Below, one piece after another: positions 59,593 to 64,000 of a stretch of DNA of 64,000 nucleotides. Positions within the stretch are counted from its first letter, which is position 1, and the number at the start of each line of letters is the position of its first letter. Under the pieces are notes generated by a model. That model was not told the DNA's origin, did not search any database, and saw nothing but the letters and a program-made list of their open reading frames with translations. The translations under genes were made by a program, and so were the position numbers. Source of the stretch: Nymphaea colorata (lineage: Eukaryota); NCBI RefSeq assembly GCF_008831285.2, contig NC_045138.2, forward strand, positions 29,326,001 to 29,390,000. Direction: 5' to 3'.

Positions 59593-60586
59593 CCCAGCTC
59601 CAATCTAGCTCGCTAATTGTGAACTTCCCATCAGTCTGCTAAAATGGACAAAAACTAATTAAATTTAATGACTACCTTCGGACACCCATGGAGGCATTGC
59701 AAAGACTCAAGCTTGTAGGAAGAAGTAATGAGAAGAGCTCCTAATCTGGACGAATTGATTTGGGGGACCCAAATTCGGATCTTGGTGCTGCAACAACCCT
59801 TAAATGTGCCATGCTGATGCTACTACCGCTTGTTTGAAACTTTCCGAGGGTTTGAGAAGAGAGAGAGAGAGAGAGAGAGGGAAATAGGTAAAAACGAAGA
59901 GTAAAAACCTATAAAAAGGTATATAAGTAATTGTTTTTAATGATTGAACTTAAATAGTTTTAAGTTTAATTGTATGGATCAGTCTCACGAGACCCAAGTC
60001 TGCCCCAGTTGAAAATTTGTTACTTATATCTTTAATATCTTTAATGCCGGACAGGCAATTTTTTTTTTTGCCTTTGAATATAATAACTACATCAATGTTG
60101 AACTTAATTTTGTAGAATATAAGAAAAAGAGAAATTTCTTAATGGGCATATTTCAGGCTGATGGCTTTGCTGCCACCTTATCTATATGGAAACATGAAAC
60201 CCACATGGCAATCACATCTTACCTCATTTACGTCACCCCCTTTGAATTTGCAAGGAAAAACCTTTCCAAGTGAAGGCCCTCTCACTTTAGTTGGATTGAC
60301 ATTCGCAGCTTTCAAAAAATCTCAGATCCCTTTTCTTCTAACAAATTTTCTCTGAAAATATTGTGTTTGTTTTTTCATGTGTGAATTAAAAATTGAAATT
60401 CTTATATTGGAGAATTTACCTCTCCTTTCTTCATTCGAAGAAATAAAGTTTTTGCAGTAAACTGATGATCTCTCTTTTAGTAAAATCATAAAAGTGATCT
60501 TAGATCGGCCTCAGATCTCATATTCATAGCTACCAAAACACACTATTGATCATTCTTTTAAATCAAAATGTTTCCATTCTTTGCAG

Positions 60587-63406
60587 TTTCGATCTTTTCA
60601 CGGCTAGTGCCAATTCTTCTAGAAATCCTTGGGTACTGTTCAGTGTTTCTTTGAAGATCAACTTGGATTGTAGAATTTGATATTATTAAGCTGGTTCTTT
60701 TGGCTTCGTTGGTTTGATTGATTTTGAGATTTTTATTACAGCTCTGTGTTTGACGTAACTGAAGGTAAAACTCATTATGGCGTAGGTGGAGGTTACCATC
60801 ACTTTGCAGGCAGGTTAACCTCGAATATTAGTATAAACTCATTATCGGTTGATATTCGCCTTTCTTTGCAGGCAGGTTAGTTTGAGACATTTCATTCAGA
60901 TTGATATTTTAATGCCTATATGAATGAGTACAAAAAGTTCTGTTACAGATGCGGAGTATTGGACGTTGGTTTCAAGGATTCATATTCGCTTTGTTGCCTA
61001 CATGGGCAAAAGTTTTTTCTGTTAGCTGATTCTTAATTTACTTCTTAAAGTTCCAAGTTCTTATGAAACCTTTTTCCCCTACAGAGATGCGTCGCGTGCC
61101 TTTGTTTCTGGAAATTTTACAGGTAAAACTTATGCATCCTGCTCCTAGAACCTTATGCTTTGTTCAAAAAATGAAAACAATGTACCTATTCTTGCTATTG
61201 TCATGTACACTACATATGTCGTCTTCGTGTACTAAATTTGCAAGCATTGAGCATGTTTAATGGCCTTGGTTGATGCATGTCTTAAAATGCAAGAACAAAT
61301 ATAGAGTTATTGACTTGCTAACCTTATTTTTAAGATTGAAGCTTCATGATAAGATAGACCTTTTGTTTGCTGAACTGAATGAGAATAGATGGCACAAGTC
61401 CAATTAATCTCATATTTGTCCAAATCATACCTTCTATCCTCTTAATTGCCTTACAAAAGCTGTTAATATAAGATCTATACCAAATGCTGATCTAATGAAC
61501 AAAAAATTGTGCATAAATTTGTCGCTGGGATGAACTTAATAACGATTATATAGTCAATATCTGAGGTTCCTGTGTCCAAATGGTAAATCATGGTTGTCAT
61601 ATTATAAGTGTAAGCAAGAAATGATGTAGGAACTAGAGGCAAGCAAGTGAGATGGAAATTGGTTCAAATTTTCAACATATCCGTGCATTGAACTGTTTCT
61701 AGTGAACTTTTTGACCTTTCGAAAATTACATGTTTAAGTCTTTGATTTTCAACTAAAAAGAGAAGTACAGGTGGTTGTCGCACTTCTATGATTGAAATTC
61801 CCAAGGGATCAGTTTTCCACCTGAAGAGAACCTGAGTGCACAAAATTGTGATTATAAGGAAAGTATTGTTCATTTGAAAATGCCTTGAAAACTATGTCTC
61901 TAACTCTATATAGCACTCAATAACTATATCAGAAGCTAAAGTTATTTTTTTGTGCATTTTTTGGAAAGACATCTAATAAAATGAGTTTATCATACTAGAA
62001 CTCATGTAGGATGTGCTTAAAAATTGAAAAATAAATTTGAAAAATTAGAAAAATTATGCAGAAAAACCAAGATTTTCAAAATACTGAACTGCGAAATAAA
62101 TAAGGAAATGGGATAAGTGCATAGGAAGTATCTAACTATCTGCAATAAGTAGATCAAGAATAAATACATAGATAGACAAAATCACAACTGACTTTGAAAG
62201 CAAAACTATTAAAATTTGATAACTTGCAAAGAAAATTTACCCAGTTCATAATCTTCTGGAGATATGTGTAATGTTGGGTGTCCAAATAAAATGTTAGGAT
62301 CAATTAGAGATAGTAAGTTAGATAAGCCCTGAATAATGGAGAAAAATATCTGCACAGCTTGTGCAATTGATCACTTTTGCTGTACAAGATGACTCAAAGT
62401 TGTAGTCACTTGGCTTCTCATCCTCTAACTGTGGCATGGTATTCATCAGTTTTTTTTTTTTTCCCATTTCCTCCTAACTATCATAAGCATACTCATTAAG
62501 CACCTTAGGCTCCTCCTTACGGATTCATTTTTAAATGCATGCACCCTGTGTAGTGTGTATGCTCATACATGCTAGTAATTGCCTTTTCTATAACTGTAAA
62601 CTAAGGATAAAAGGCCCAAACAGTTAAATAAGTCAAAATTAGTCTTCTGCTCATGTCATGTAACATACAAGATGAATACAATACCGTTGCACTAAAAAAT
62701 TTTCTTGTTCTTGTCTTCTTGTTGATGTAATATTTTAGGCTTCAATTTTTCTTGGTTAATTTTTATCTTGTTTCCTTATTACATGTAAATCTGGCTCTTA
62801 TACTGCTTCTTGGTAACTGTTTTGCAACTTAGATGATGGTTTAACAGACTCTTTGCGTGGTTTGTCTATCTCGGAGGTAATTCTCGGTTCTCTTCCTTTA
62901 GTAGTCAAAAGTGTGCTTAACTGTCCACCTTGTCGACTAGGCTGGGCCACCTAGGCGCCTAAGTTTTTTTTTTTTTTTAAAAAAAAAATTCTACATTTTC
63001 CTCTCCTATTTTCTTACACTCTCCTCTTTCATTGTTTTTCTTCTGCTTTTCCCCTTTTTCTTGTTGCTTTTCTTCTCATTCTCCCTCTTCTTCCTTGTTT
63101 TTTTTCCTTTCACGTACAGTTTTTGGCCCACCTAGATGCTGCCTAGGCTTTTTGGAGGGCCACCACCTAGGCCCTACATGTTTTTTAACATCTTATTTAT
63201 TATCAAATTAATGCAGTCTGTTCTTGTCAAACTGATTGCTTTGCCTTATGGTTGATTTAGTGACAATTCTGATGGTCGAGATTACAGAGCCTAGTTGGCT
63301 TCTTGATTTTCTGTTTCATCTTTACTGACAAGCTCTATTCTTCTCTGTTTCCCTTGTAGATCAAAAGTGTAGTTGATTGGCGAGATTTTTACTTCAAAAG
63401 ATACAA
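60587..63406 (+). CDS. MAPR4: Membrane-associated progesterone-binding protein 4 / neuferricin-like (cytochrome b5-like heme/steroid-binding); 5' end appears damaged, 3' end lies beyond the window
   Basis: Exons 60587-60632 (PILLEILG), 60742-60813 (SVFDVTEGKTHYGVGGGYHHFAGR), 61085-61122 (DASRAFVSGNFT), 62833-62876 (DGLTDSLRGLSISE), 63360-63406 (IKSVVDWRDFYFKRY); phases are compatible. Confidence 0.85.
62925..63190. mobile_element. cctagg-rich MITE-like repeat, related to 18640-18780
   Basis: Multiple ccacctagg/gcctagg motifs at both ends around a pyrimidine-rich core. Confidence 0.45.
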
Positions 63407-64000
63407 GCGAGTGCCTTTACAGGTTGATATTTACATACCTATTAGAATTCCTATTAGGAATTGGTGACTTATTGTATATTTTGTAGTCAACTTGTCTTTT
63501 TGTGGTTTAGTTTTTTTGTGTGAACTGTAGAATGCACTCACATAGACTCTTAAGTATTTTGGACTGGAAAACAGCCCTTCTTTGAAGGCATATAAAAGTT
63601 GCTGAAACGTGTTATCTGGACATGCAATAAATAGAAATGCATGCTGTTGATCTGAATCATCAGATTATGTGAAGCAATATAACAATATTAATTTATTTAG
63701 AATACCGAAGTGGAAAACTGTTAGTTTACTGTGGGTAAATCTGGTTCATCTCCTATATAGACCTCCTTGGGGTCAATGATGAAAAGTGGAGACTGAATTG
63801 ACTCATTTGTTAGATTCTTTTTTCCATTTGCTGATCTAAAGTTGTTAATTTACTGGCTTAGTGGCACTTTTCATTTCATATTCTAGTATAAATTAGTTAT
63901 AGAGCTTTGTACACGTGTTTGTGTATGTTGCCTTTGTTATTAGTGTATTGCCGCCCACTCATATTGTGGTCAATGCATGCATTGTAGGACTTGGAACCTG

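Overview
Intron-rich, AT-rich flowering-plant nuclear DNA; all exon structures were assembled by eye from GT/AG boundaries and recognisable peptides. Genes in order: an ASCC1-like KH/2H-phosphoesterase gene (-, runs off the left edge), a plastid two-domain glyoxalase I (+), a Bin3/MEPCE-type RNA methyltransferase (+), a divergent SAC51/SACL-like atypical bHLH gene with a spliced uORF-bearing leader (+), a GLUTAMINE DUMPER-like small membrane protein (+), a casein kinase I-like gene (-), an ankyrin-repeat/PGG transmembrane gene (+) with two decayed tandem relatives, an XTH (-) lying between those relatives, and a MAPR4/neuferricin-like gene (+) with a damaged 5' end that runs off the right edge. 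Introns and spacers carry hAT-type and TA-microsatellite-associated MITEs, short or solo LTRs, LINE remnants and microsatellites. I see no wholly new multi-gene system. The most promising signal is the leader of the SAC51-like gene: two back-to-back RNA hairpins sit between one uORF stop and the AUG of a Cys-rich 51-aa uORF. Family names come from motif recognition, not from database searches.
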